A stretch of 64,000 bases of DNA from a virus, in IMG/VR virus record IMGVR_UViG_3300046787_000286, positions 16,060-80,059 of that record; one strand, given 5' to 3'. This document shows, in pieces, positions 1 to 9,561 of this stretch. The position numbers and the translations under genes were made by a program. Below the pieces are notes generated by a model, which saw only the letters and a program-made list of their open reading frames with translations, did no database searches and had not been told where the DNA came from. Position 1 is the stretch's first letter. Each line of letters starts with the position of its first letter.

Positions 1-285
1 ATGACAGTACTACATACAACTGGTAAAGTTTATACTGATATTCTTGTAACATGTTTGTTAGATTACGGCGAGCCACCAGGGCAACAAGCGTTTGATAATT
101 CAACAAACTTCAACGGTGAATATGTATTTGACGAATTAGGACTAAAGTGCTGGAATGGTGCAGTAGACAATCTAAGATTGATTACACACGTAATTTTTCA
201 CCCAGTACAAAAGAGTTTGAACCGTCAGATTCAAATTGATTATACATTACGAATCCAAACTTTGACTAATTTAAGTCAAGCGTAA
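1..285 (+). CDS. hypothetical protein (3' part; the gene may start upstream of the window)
   Basis: ORF runs in from the window edge and lies just upstream of the fibre-like genes. Confidence 0.3.
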   Translation: MTVLHTTGKVYTDILVTCLLDYGEPPGQQAFDNSTNFNGEYVFDELGLKCWNGAVDNLRLITHVIFHPVQKSLNRQIQIDYTLRIQTLTNLSQA

Positions 286-336
286 TATGTATAGATTATC
301 GGTAAATAAATAAATTAAGGACACGGAGTAACCCAA

Positions 337-1626
337 ATGGCATATACAATCAATCTAACTGATGGCGCAATCTTTGCTACTATTGCAGACGGCACTATCA
401 ACACATCTAGTTCAATGATTTTAGTAGGTAAGAACTACGCTGGCTACGGCGAGTTTATAGACGAAAACTTCATCCACTTGCTAGAAAATTCATCAAACAC
501 AACAGCCCCGGGCGCACCACTAACTGGTCAGATCTGGTGGGATTCCGGCAATGGAATTTTAAACGTTTACAACGGCTCTGCCTGGAAACGTATCGGTGGT
601 GCAACTGCAAGCGCAAGTGCTCCGAGTGGCGCAACAAGCGAGCAGGGCGACTTGTGGTATGATTCAACCAACGCACAGTTGAAAGTTTATACTGGAGCTG
701 CTTGGTTATTAGTTGGCCCAGCGTTTACTGCTGGCACTGGAACCACAGGCGCGATTGTTGACACTATTGTTGATAACGTTGCTGTTAGCCACGTTGTTAT
801 TAAATTCTATGTTGAAGATAGCGTTGTAGCAATTATGAGCAAAGATGCTACCTTTACTCCACAGTCGTCTATTACAGGATTTACAACAGTTCGTCCAGGC
901 ATGACAATGGCAACAACAGTTGGCGGCCAAACTCCATTGTTCCAAGGAACTGCAACAGATTCACAATTGCTCGACGGTATTGATTCTACAGGCTTTTTGA
1001 GCGCAACTAGTAACGATACTACAACTGGTACACTAGGTATCTTGAATGATTCTGGTCTATCAGTTGGTCAAGATAGCGATGCTAAGTTGAGCGTTTCTGG
1101 CGCAGGTGTTGTTACACTTGCTAACCAAACAAGCGGCCAAAATATGACATTCTCTGTTAACGTTGGCGGAACCCCAACTACTGCATTGACAATCTACGGT
1201 GCAAACGGTACAGTAAGTGGTAATCAAATTAATGCTAACTATGCCGACGTTGCAGAACGTTTTGCAGCAGACGAAGTATACGAAGCAGGTACTGTTGTTG
1301 AGCTCGGTGGCGCTAATGAAATTACAAGAGTTACTTCGGACCTAAGCGATAAAGTATTTGGTGTCATAAGTACTAGAGCAGCTTATCTAATGAACAGCGC
1401 CGCTGGTAATGATGAAACTCATCCTCCAGTTGCTATGACCGGTCGTGTTCCAGTTAAAGTCATTGGACAAATTAACAAAGGTGATCGTTTAGTATCAGCA
1501 GGTAACGGTATTGCAAGAGCTGCACAACCAGGCGAAGCAACAGCTTTCAACGTTATCGGTCGTAGCCTAACTGCCAAGGCAGACTCAAGTCTAGGCACAG
1601 TTGAAGCGATTGTAACGATCAAATAA
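337..1626 (+). CDS. tail fibre-like structural protein
   Basis: 429 aa, Ala/Gly/Thr/Ser-rich repetitive sequence typical of phage fibres; AGGA ribosome-binding site upstream. Confidence 0.5.
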   Translation: MAYTINLTDGAIFATIADGTINTSSSMILVGKNYAGYGEFIDENFIHLLENSSNTTAPGAPLTGQIWWDSGNGILNVYNGSAWKRIGGATASASAPSGATSEQGDLWYDSTNAQLKVYTGAAWLLVGPAFTAGTGTTGAIVDTIVDNVAVSHVVIKFYVEDSVVAIMSKDATFTPQSSITGFTTVRPGMTMATTVGGQTPLFQGTATDSQLLDGIDSTGFLSATSNDTTTGTLGILNDSGLSVGQDSDAKLSVSGAGVVTLANQTSGQNMTFSVNVGGTPTTALTIYGANGTVSGNQINANYADVAERFAADEVYEAGTVVELGGANEITRVTSDLSDKVFGVISTRAAYLMNSAAGNDETHPPVAMTGRVPVKVIGQINKGDRLVSAGNGIARAAQPGEATAFNVIGRSLTAKADSSLGTVEAIVTIK

Positions 1627-1639
1627 TTAGGAATCAATA

Positions 1640-2614
1640 ATGACTTATTCAGTAGGTGGATTAATACAAGCAACAGATTATAACGGGTTTGCTAGCACTA
1701 CCGCTAGCGGCAACGTTAATAGTATTTGGGGAACAGGTGCTGGTACTTACGGTTACGGTCAGTCAACCACTTTGTCAACAGTAGCAGCTGGTGGTACTGT
1801 AACCGCAACACAATGGGCCGACTTGGTTAATAGAATTAGTTCTATTGCAAGTCACCAAGGCACAACAATAACTGCACGTACCGCACCAGTGGCTGGTAAT
1901 ACAATTGCAATTCTAAATGCAGTTGCAACTGACTTGTCTACTTGTTTTACTAACCGTAACAATGCAGTTAGCTCGGGCAGTACTATTACCCCGGCTACTG
2001 GAACTTGGTGGCAGGCGACAAATACTCCAAACGCTGCTTGGACAATCACAACAACCCATACAATTACATTCGCTAACGCAGCAGCGGCACGTTATTTCTT
2101 TAACTCCGGTGGCTTGATTAAATGGGACGTTGCAAAAACATCTACTGGTACAGAAGCTGATACAGAATGGAACGATCTAGCGCAAACGCTAGTAGGGGAC
2201 ATTTACCTCAGCGGCGCTAACACTTCGCATACAATTAATGGTACTGCATACACTGGAACTACCAAGTCGGGCGGAACAGGAACTCCTACTACGTTAAACA
2301 CCACAGTTGGGTTCTACAACTTAACCACTGTGGCAACTACTTTGTACGACCAATTTGCAGATAGTTCTCCTTACACCAGTGACCATATTAGAATACAAGG
2401 CACAGTTAACGATAATACAAATCCAACAGTATTGACTTTAACTACAGCATGGATCAACGCTAGTTCAGCTACACCAGGTTCTACTGAAATTATTACAGGC
2501 GGCGCTGCTGGTACTGGACCAACTACAGTTGTTAACTATATTGCACCTGAAACAACTTATATCGCTAACACTTGGGGCGCAATTAGTATTTCTGCTACTA
2601 CCGGAGTAGCGTAA
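1640..2614 (+). CDS. tail fibre-like structural protein
   Basis: 324 aa, Thr/Ala/Gly-rich, similar composition to the previous gene; AGGA RBS. Confidence 0.45.
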   Translation: MTYSVGGLIQATDYNGFASTTASGNVNSIWGTGAGTYGYGQSTTLSTVAAGGTVTATQWADLVNRISSIASHQGTTITARTAPVAGNTIAILNAVATDLSTCFTNRNNAVSSGSTITPATGTWWQATNTPNAAWTITTTHTITFANAAAARYFFNSGGLIKWDVAKTSTGTEADTEWNDLAQTLVGDIYLSGANTSHTINGTAYTGTTKSGGTGTPTTLNTTVGFYNLTTVATTLYDQFADSSPYTSDHIRIQGTVNDNTNPTVLTLTTAWINASSATPGSTEIITGGAAGTGPTTVVNYIAPETTYIANTWGAISISATTGVA

Positions 2615-2630
2615 CCTAATTTAGGTTAAC

Positions 2631-2662
2631 CAAAAGGGCCTTAGGGCCCTTTACTTTTATTC
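2631..2662 (+). terminator. intrinsic terminator (GC hairpin + T-run)
   Basis: aagggcc-ttag-ggccctt hairpin followed by tttacttttatt, immediately after the fibre-like genes. Confidence 0.55.
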
Positions 2663-2684
2663 ATCCTTCCTGTATACTGTTTAA

Positions 2685-2990
2685 ATGAATACTGAAAACA
2701 TTGTTGCACACGCACGAGCTCGGTTTGATCACGAGAGTGCAAAACGAGTACTTAAAGAAAAATACCAGGCCAAACTGATATTTGCCCACAACGGCGGCAT
2801 GTTTAGAGCAACTCCTGAACTGCTTGCATTTGTGCAAAGCTGGCCTATTGCCGAACTGTATATTGCAGACTTGTATAACAACCCAATTGAAGTAGACAAA
2901 CAAGTATTCCTAGTAAAGTTGCAGCAACACTACCATGAACAAATGAATGCTTGGCATGTAGAGTATACAGAAATGAGCAACAAACGATGA
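2685..2990 (+). CDS. hypothetical protein
   Basis: 101 aa ORF; its stop overlaps the next start as ATGA. Confidence 0.4.
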   Translation: MNTENIVAHARARFDHESAKRVLKEKYQAKLIFAHNGGMFRATPELLAFVQSWPIAELYIADLYNNPIEVDKQVFLVKLQQHYHEQMNAWHVEYTEMSNKR

Positions 2991-3796
2991 CCACAGGCGC
3001 ACTGATATTTGCGTTCAACAATGAAAAAACTGATTACGTTAAGATGGCCACTTGGTGTGCTAAAAGGATTCGTGCGCACCTCGACATTCCGGTTGCAATC
3101 GTCACAGATAACACAAACAGTGGATTACATCAACAATTTGATCATGTCATTAACGCAGGAGCGCAAACCGGGGGTTCTAGATACTTTGAAGATTATGCAG
3201 ACTCTGTGTCGTGGCACAACGCCGGAAGAACTGACGCTTATAACTTATCTCCATTTGAGCAAACCCTTGTACTCGATTCCGATTACGTGGTCTGCGGTGA
3301 TCAATTACAGCAAGTCTTAAACGCTCCGCAGGACTTTCTAGCACATAGAGCAGCATTTAATGTTGCTCGCCCCGAAGAACCTTTTTTAGACACATTCGGG
3401 CGCAACAAATTTCCCATGTGGTGGGCCACAGTAATGATGTTTCGTAAAAGCCCTACAGCACAATACATTTTTGATTGTATGGAAATGATCAAACACAATT
3501 GGCAGCACTACAGAAACTTATACGGAATAACAGAACACCATTACCGTAACGACTATGCACTAAGCATTGCATTGGGTATTGTGAGTGGGCACACACTAAA
3601 AGTAGATTCGATTCCTTGGCCATTGATGAGTGCTATGCCTGATACAGAATTAACAAGAGACACGTATGGCAGTGCCGAAGCCTGGATCATGAAGTATGCA
3701 GGCCGTGACGGAAAGCCTAAAAGTGTTAGCATTGCAGGGCAAGACTTTCATGCAATGGGTAAAAAGTATTTGGAGGCAATAATTGACGCCAGTTGA
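2987..3796 (+). CDS. GT-A fold glycosyltransferase-like protein
   Basis: DxD-type motif (VLDSDYVV); N-terminal region paralogous to the next gene; start taken at the ATGA overlap (MTTGAL). Confidence 0.45.
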   Translation: MTTGALIFAFNNEKTDYVKMATWCAKRIRAHLDIPVAIVTDNTNSGLHQQFDHVINAGAQTGGSRYFEDYADSVSWHNAGRTDAYNLSPFEQTLVLDSDYVVCGDQLQQVLNAPQDFLAHRAAFNVARPEEPFLDTFGRNKFPMWWATVMMFRKSPTAQYIFDCMEMIKHNWQHYRNLYGITEHHYRNDYALSIALGIVSGHTLKVDSIPWPLMSAMPDTELTRDTYGSAEAWIMKYAGRDGKPKSVSIAGQDFHAMGKKYLEAIIDAS

Positions 3797-4559
3797 AGAA
3801 CGCGGATACATTATCCCTGCATTTAATGTTGGTAAGATTGACTATGTTGACTGTGCTAGATCGTTAGCAAAAACGCTGTTGCTGCATCATCCTGATGCTA
3901 GAATCTGTTTGTTAACCAACGACAAGTCGGCGACTGATCATCACTTGTTTGCTTACACGCACATAGTAGAAGACATTGATACTGCGAACCCTTATGCGAA
4001 TGACACACTGGTGTTTAGTCACACACCGTTTAGGCAAACAATTAAACTAGAAGCAGACATGATGGTTGCTAGTGCAGTTGACCATTGGTGGACACTGTTT
4101 GAACATCGTGATGTTGTTGTTAGTCGAGGCAGTAGGGACTTTTACGATCAACCTGCTACAAGTAGAAAGTATCGCAAACTGTTTGATAACAACAACTTGC
4201 CCGATGTGTACAACGCTATAACATATTGGCGAGTAAGCAAAACTGCCACAGATTTCTTTAAACTTGTAAGGAAAATCTTTACAAATTGGGAAAGCTACAA
4301 GATTTTATTAAAGTTTCCCGAGGAAGTACCGTCCACTGATGTAGTGTATGCAATGGCTGCACAAATATTGGGACCAGAACAAGTGACATTACCTCCAGGG
4401 CTAGGTCCACAGATTGTGCATATGAAGACTGGTATGAGTCCGTTCTCTGCGCCACATTGGACTGATGAATTAGTTTGGGAAATGAATCCGCTACGTATCC
4501 AAACTGTGGCGCAATGGGGCTTCGTGCATTTACATGTAAAGGATCGTATAGATGAATGA
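3783..4559 (+). CDS. glycosyltransferase-like protein (paralog of 2987..3796)
   Basis: shared IPAFN..K.DYV..CA N-terminal pattern with the upstream gene. Confidence 0.4.
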   Translation: MTPVEERGYIIPAFNVGKIDYVDCARSLAKTLLLHHPDARICLLTNDKSATDHHLFAYTHIVEDIDTANPYANDTLVFSHTPFRQTIKLEADMMVASAVDHWWTLFEHRDVVVSRGSRDFYDQPATSRKYRKLFDNNNLPDVYNAITYWRVSKTATDFFKLVRKIFTNWESYKILLKFPEEVPSTDVVYAMAAQILGPEQVTLPPGLGPQIVHMKTGMSPFSAPHWTDELVWEMNPLRIQTVAQWGFVHLHVKDRIDE

Positions 4560-4899
4560 AACTACACAAAACTTACTGGATGTATTTGCCAACTTAGCGC
4601 CCTGGCAACCGCCTGTTGTATTTTGGAGATTGCATTACGGTGAAGTAGGAGAGCCATTGTTTTACACCCAGGAAGATAAACCAGGTAATTACATTGATGT
4701 AACGCCTGAGCAATACCAACGTGCTAGCATGCAAGTTAAGGTAGTTAACAGGAAGTTAGTAGAGCTGTCAACTAAACGTACACGCAAGTTGATGCCTAGT
4801 ACAACAGGAACTCCTTGCTATCTCTCTGATGTTAGCATTGTTGTTCCAACAACTGAACAGCACCAGTGCTGGAGATTAAAAACAAATGAAACAAATTGA
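4552..4899 (+). CDS. hypothetical protein
   Basis: 115 aa ORF in a translationally coupled series. Confidence 0.4.
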   Translation: MNETTQNLLDVFANLAPWQPPVVFWRLHYGEVGEPLFYTQEDKPGNYIDVTPEQYQRASMQVKVVNRKLVELSTKRTRKLMPSTTGTPCYLSDVSIVVPTTEQHQCWRLKTNETN

Positions 4900-5812
4900 C
4901 ATCGCAGACTTAGACTGCATTTACCTATCGTATGATGAACCACAAAAAGAAGAGCATTGGGTCAAGATTAAGAACATGGTGCCTTGGGCACGAAGGGTCG
5001 ATGGCGTTAAGGGCAGCGATGCTGCTCACAAAGCAGCGGCACAGGCCAGTAACACTGATAGATTCATTCTCATTGATGGCGACAATCTCCCCGACCCGTC
5101 GTTTTTTAATCAAACGCTTGTTCTTCCTACAGAAGAATACGAGAACGCTGTTTTCCGCTGGCGGGCACGTAACAATATCAATGGACTAATGTATGGCAAT
5201 GGTGGTTTATCTTCGTGGACCAAGGAGTTTGTCCATAATATGCAGACTCATGAAGCTTCCGACGGACGCACCGAAACCCAGGTCGAGTTCTGTTTCGATC
5301 CCCTTTATTGGGCTATGCACGATTGTTATTCTACCACCTATCCCAATGGGAGTGCGTTCCATGCCTGGCGTGCAGGATTTCGCGAGGGTGTTAAAATGTG
5401 TCTTAACCGGGGTGCAAAGCCATCTGTTGCGGAGTTCCAAAGCCGTGTTCACAGCAAGAACTTGGATAACTTAACTATCTGGCACAACGTGGGTGCAGAT
5501 GTAGAATACGGTGAGTGGGCAATTGCAGGGTCACGTATGGGCACTTATATGACTATGTTAACAGCATGGGATTATACTGCGGTACAGAACTTTGACGAGT
5601 TAGAGAAGTTATGGGACACTGTTAAAGATGATAATCCAAGACATGTTGCGCTTAGAATCGCTACAGAGTTAAACGCACAACTAGACTTACCAATGATTAT
5701 TTTAGAATCTGAACAAAGTGCTTTCTTTAAGAAACACTACCTTTCTAACTGGCACAACCGTGGCATAATGGTTAGAGAGATTGATGTTATTAGACAACAA
5801 GAAGGCTGGTAA
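4886..5812 (+). CDS. hypothetical protein (glycan cluster)
   Basis: 308 aa ORF, contains FILIDGDN. Confidence 0.4.
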   Translation: MKQIDIADLDCIYLSYDEPQKEEHWVKIKNMVPWARRVDGVKGSDAAHKAAAQASNTDRFILIDGDNLPDPSFFNQTLVLPTEEYENAVFRWRARNNINGLMYGNGGLSSWTKEFVHNMQTHEASDGRTETQVEFCFDPLYWAMHDCYSTTYPNGSAFHAWRAGFREGVKMCLNRGAKPSVAEFQSRVHSKNLDNLTIWHNVGADVEYGEWAIAGSRMGTYMTMLTAWDYTAVQNFDELEKLWDTVKDDNPRHVALRIATELNAQLDLPMIILESEQSAFFKKHYLSNWHNRGIMVREIDVIRQQEGW

Positions 5813-5818
5813 CAGTTA

Positions 5819-7210
5819 ATGACCAAAAGCGTTTTTCAAAGCTCAGCAGATGAAATGCAAAGCAAGTTAGGTCCTGCAATGTGCCTTGCTAAATGGCAAC
5901 AAACCAGTTTACACTTAACTACAGGGCACACCAATTCATGCTATCATCCTCCGTTGCACAAAATTGAACTGAGTGACATAGAAAATAATCCGTCTGGATT
6001 GCATAACACTGAGCATAAAAAACAGCAACGTGTGATAATGCTAAAGAACGAACGCCCTTCAGAATGTTCCTACTGCTGGAACATGGAAGACCTGGGCAAA
6101 ACAAGCGATAGGCACTACAGATCAGGCGAACCTTGGGCAGCAGAACACTATGACACAATCAAAAACTCAACTGGACTCGAACGGGACGTTACACCTTCAT
6201 ACGTGGAGGTTAACTTTAATAATGCTTGCAATCTACGTTGCTCTTATTGCTCTCCTCAGTATAGTTCTAGCTGGGCCGATGAGTCCAATAGGCACGGCGC
6301 ATATCCTACTAGCGTACCTCATAACGCACCTGAATATTTTAGTGGCAGTAGGAGACCTATCCCGTCTAGGGAAGCTAATCCATACGTTGATGCGTTTTGG
6401 GAGTGGTGGCCGGAGCTTTACCCTAATCTAAAACATTTTAGAATGACTGGCGGCGAGCCACTAATGGATAAGAATACACACCGTGTATTAGATTACGTTA
6501 TAGCTAACCCCAGCCCGCAACTGCACTTGAACGTAACTTCAAACTTTTCAGTAGAAGAAGTACTGTGGCAAAAGTATCTAGACAAAGTCAAGCGCATTTG
6601 CGACGGCCGCATCGAACACTTTATGCAGTATGTGAGTTTAGATGGCTTTGGATCGCAAGCAGAATACATTAGACACGGGCTTGACTTTAGATTACTGTGG
6701 GACAGAGTAAATCAATTCTTAACAGAAGTTCCTGAGTATTCTAGTTTGACATTTATTGTAACAATGAATAATCTAAGCGTGAATTCATTCAGCAGCTTGA
6801 TGTCGGGCATATTTGGGTTGCGTCAGATATATTCTAAAACGTATCAACGTGTGTGGTTCGACACCCCTGTGCTTCGCGATCCTGCGTGGCAAAGTTTACA
6901 AATACTACCTGAAAGCTATGCTGACCGTTTGGAAACAACCTGGGCATGGATGGTAAATCCCTGTAAAGATGTGTCTGAGCCTAATCCGCTGCATGTGTTC
7001 AAGGACTATGAGCTTGCTAGATTAGATCGTGACATAGCGTGGATGCGTGAAGGGCAGAAAATGGACCCTGTGGAATTAAACAAGCGCAAAGCAGACTTCT
7101 ATCGTTTCTTTTCGGAGCACGATCGACGTCGCGGCACAGACTTCAATTTAATATTCCCTGAAATGAAATCATTCTGGCAGGAATGTGAGTACCATGCCAA
7201 AAACTCCTAA
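5819..7210 (+). CDS. radical SAM family protein, paralog 1
   Basis: CNLRCSYC (CxxxCxxC) and GGEP motifs; N-terminal C..C..CxxC; C-terminal D.RR..FPE motif. Confidence 0.7.
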   Translation: MTKSVFQSSADEMQSKLGPAMCLAKWQQTSLHLTTGHTNSCYHPPLHKIELSDIENNPSGLHNTEHKKQQRVIMLKNERPSECSYCWNMEDLGKTSDRHYRSGEPWAAEHYDTIKNSTGLERDVTPSYVEVNFNNACNLRCSYCSPQYSSSWADESNRHGAYPTSVPHNAPEYFSGSRRPIPSREANPYVDAFWEWWPELYPNLKHFRMTGGEPLMDKNTHRVLDYVIANPSPQLHLNVTSNFSVEEVLWQKYLDKVKRICDGRIEHFMQYVSLDGFGSQAEYIRHGLDFRLLWDRVNQFLTEVPEYSSLTFIVTMNNLSVNSFSSLMSGIFGLRQIYSKTYQRVWFDTPVLRDPAWQSLQILPESYADRLETTWAWMVNPCKDVSEPNPLHVFKDYELARLDRDIAWMREGQKMDPVELNKRKADFYRFFSEHDRRRGTDFNLIFPEMKSFWQECEYHAKNS

Positions 7211-8270
7211 GCTAGTGTTAGACACATTCTCAGAAGTATACAATCTACTAAAGCCTTATGCTGATGACGAATTCTGGGATTTGTCACAGCACGATATTAT
7301 CCCGGGCGCCACGTATGTTGTAGGGCGCAAGCAATGTATAGATCATCGCGAGCGTTTACTAGAGTTAGCAAATAACAACACTATACAGCTAGTTATAAGC
7401 AACCCGCACGAAGGTTCGCAAACACTAGCAGGGCAAATGACACGTCTGGGGTTCAAGAACGCCAACATCAAGCTAATAGGCGGGGGCAACATGCCTGCAG
7501 ACTGGGACTACATACTCTACGATAAGTTCCTGCCCGAAATACTGGACTACGAAGAAAACTTGATAGCAGCAGACTCTACTCTTGCAATATACAACAAAAC
7601 ATCTAAGCCATACCAGTTTCTTTTTCTAAATGGCAGAGCTCGCCCACATAGGGCAGACTTAATTCGCAAGCTCGCTACCAGATCATTGCTAAACAACAGC
7701 TTGTGGACCAATCTAGACTCAGGAAATGGTGCTGTGCAAACACTGCACCCAGCTTACGAAGTTCCTCGCTATAGAAACAATGCCACAACTGATCACTATG
7801 TCAAGTTCGAATTGTTTAATAATGAATGGGGAGAAATCTATTTAGAACCTGCGCCTTATATTGATACCTATTTTAGTTTGATAACAGAAACAGTATTTGA
7901 TATTCCTTATAGTTTCCGCACAGAAAAGATTTGGAAACCCATTGTTATGGGTCATCCTTGGATAGCAGTGGCCAACGCAGGCTTTTATAGAGACATGCGC
8001 AACCTAGGCTTCCAAACATACTCGCATCTAATAGACGAATCCTTTGACAGTATTGAAAATAATACAGACAGATTGGATAGAATAGTCGATATAGTAAAAG
8101 ATTTATGCAGTCAAGACCTTGCGGCTTTCTTGCAAGAGTGCTATAATACTAGTAAATACAATCAGCAACATCACAGGGAAATGGCCGCAAAGGTCCGAAA
8201 AGAATTTCCCGAACGCTTTTTCCAATTTATCAATGAACGATCTAGAATACCGCCAGCAAGTACTGGATAA
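7185..8270 (+). CDS. glycosyltransferase-like protein (TEK motif, fucosyltransferase-like)
   Basis: ETVFD..YSFRTEKIWKPIVMGHPW resembles the GT10 'ENS..TEK..PI..G' signature; two paralogs at 18810..21126. Confidence 0.4.
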   Translation: MSTMPKTPKLVLDTFSEVYNLLKPYADDEFWDLSQHDIIPGATYVVGRKQCIDHRERLLELANNNTIQLVISNPHEGSQTLAGQMTRLGFKNANIKLIGGGNMPADWDYILYDKFLPEILDYEENLIAADSTLAIYNKTSKPYQFLFLNGRARPHRADLIRKLATRSLLNNSLWTNLDSGNGAVQTLHPAYEVPRYRNNATTDHYVKFELFNNEWGEIYLEPAPYIDTYFSLITETVFDIPYSFRTEKIWKPIVMGHPWIAVANAGFYRDMRNLGFQTYSHLIDESFDSIENNTDRLDRIVDIVKDLCSQDLAAFLQECYNTSKYNQQHHREMAAKVRKEFPERFFQFINERSRIPPASTG

Positions 8271-9561
8271 ACTTTCACCTAGCTTTTGTGCTGCCAAATG
8301 GTACAATGCTACTATATGGCTGGGCTCAGGGCAAACAACCAGTTGCCATCACCCTCCTGCACATGCCATAGATGCAGAAGCAGTTAAAACAAACCCTGCT
8401 GCATTGCACAATACCAAACAAAAGAAAATTGATCGTTTAATGATGCAAAATGGGGAAAGACCCTCAGGTTGCGAATACTGTTGGAAAATTGAAGACATGG
8501 GAGTAGATGCAGTTAGCGATCGTGTGTACAAATCCAAGATATATCCCATAAAGGCTTTAAATGACGCATACTCGACACCTGCTGCACATGACGTGGATCT
8601 CCGTACTTTGGAGATTGCTTTTGATCGTACTTGTCAGTTTGCTTGTAGCTATTGCAACCCAGCATTTAGTTCTACATGGGTTAATGATATTAAACGTAAC
8701 GGACCCTACACTAACTTGGTTAGCGATGGTAGGAATCACTTCACTCATACTCATGAGTCTAGTCAGCTATATCGCTACGGGGAAACCAATCCGTATGTTG
8801 AGGCATTTTTTGACTGGTGGGAATCGAGCTTACATAGAACACTTCAAGAGCTACGAATCACAGGAGGAGAGCCCCTCATGTCCGCCCACACATGGAAGCT
8901 CATTGATTGGTTCAAAACAAATTCGGGCAAGAGTAATACACGCTTGGCTATCAATAGTAACCTCGGGACTGAGGTCGACGTCACACGTTTACTGGAATCC
9001 ACGCAGGGTCTAGACGTAGAAATATACACTAGCATGGAAGCTGTAGGTGCGCAAGCTGAATACATTCGCGACGGACTTGTATATGCAGACTGGCAAGCAA
9101 ACGTAGATAAGCTGTTAAACGCAGGTGTTACAGTACACTTTATGGCAACCATTAATGCTCTTTGTTTGGAAACTCTAACAGATCATTTAAATTACTTGCT
9201 GACCTTGAAAGAATTATACGGGCGTGATCGTGTTAATTTTACATTAAATATTCTACGCTTTCCGTCATTTCAAAGTGCTCTAGTACTGGATCCAGATGAT
9301 CGCACCTATTTTAAATTGGCGTTGCAGTCATGGCTAAACGCCAACGGCAACAGCCCTTTATTGCACGAACACGAAGTTAATCACACACAACGATTAATTG
9401 ATTACTTGGACATTGTTAAAACACCGCACTCGGATACGTTTGACATGCCCAAGTTACTGAATGACTTTAAACATTTCTACGAGCAATACGACCTGCGTAG
9501 GAAAAAGAATTTAAAAGAAACATTCCCTATTATTGGATATTGGTATAATTTATGTCTATAA
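8233..9561 (+). CDS. radical SAM family protein, paralog 2
   Basis: FDRTCQFACSYCNP, ITGGEP; start chosen at MNDLEY by N-terminal alignment to paralog 1. Confidence 0.7.
   Translation: MNDLEYRQQVLDKLSPSFCAAKWYNATIWLGSGQTTSCHHPPAHAIDAEAVKTNPAALHNTKQKKIDRLMMQNGERPSGCEYCWKIEDMGVDAVSDRVYKSKIYPIKALNDAYSTPAAHDVDLRTLEIAFDRTCQFACSYCNPAFSSTWVNDIKRNGPYTNLVSDGRNHFTHTHESSQLYRYGETNPYVEAFFDWWESSLHRTLQELRITGGEPLMSAHTWKLIDWFKTNSGKSNTRLAINSNLGTEVDVTRLLESTQGLDVEIYTSMEAVGAQAEYIRDGLVYADWQANVDKLLNAGVTVHFMATINALCLETLTDHLNYLLTLKELYGRDRVNFTLNILRFPSFQSALVLDPDDRTYFKLALQSWLNANGNSPLLHEHEVNHTQRLIDYLDIVKTPHSDTFDMPKLLNDFKHFYEQYDLRRKKNLKETFPIIGYWYNLCL

Noticed and set aside
470-2117. Antisense small ORFs inside the fibre-like genes (for example 470..676, 709..945, 1852..2049)
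   Set aside because: They are embedded in longer, better-supported plus-strand genes with a compositional bias that generates stop-free antisense frames.
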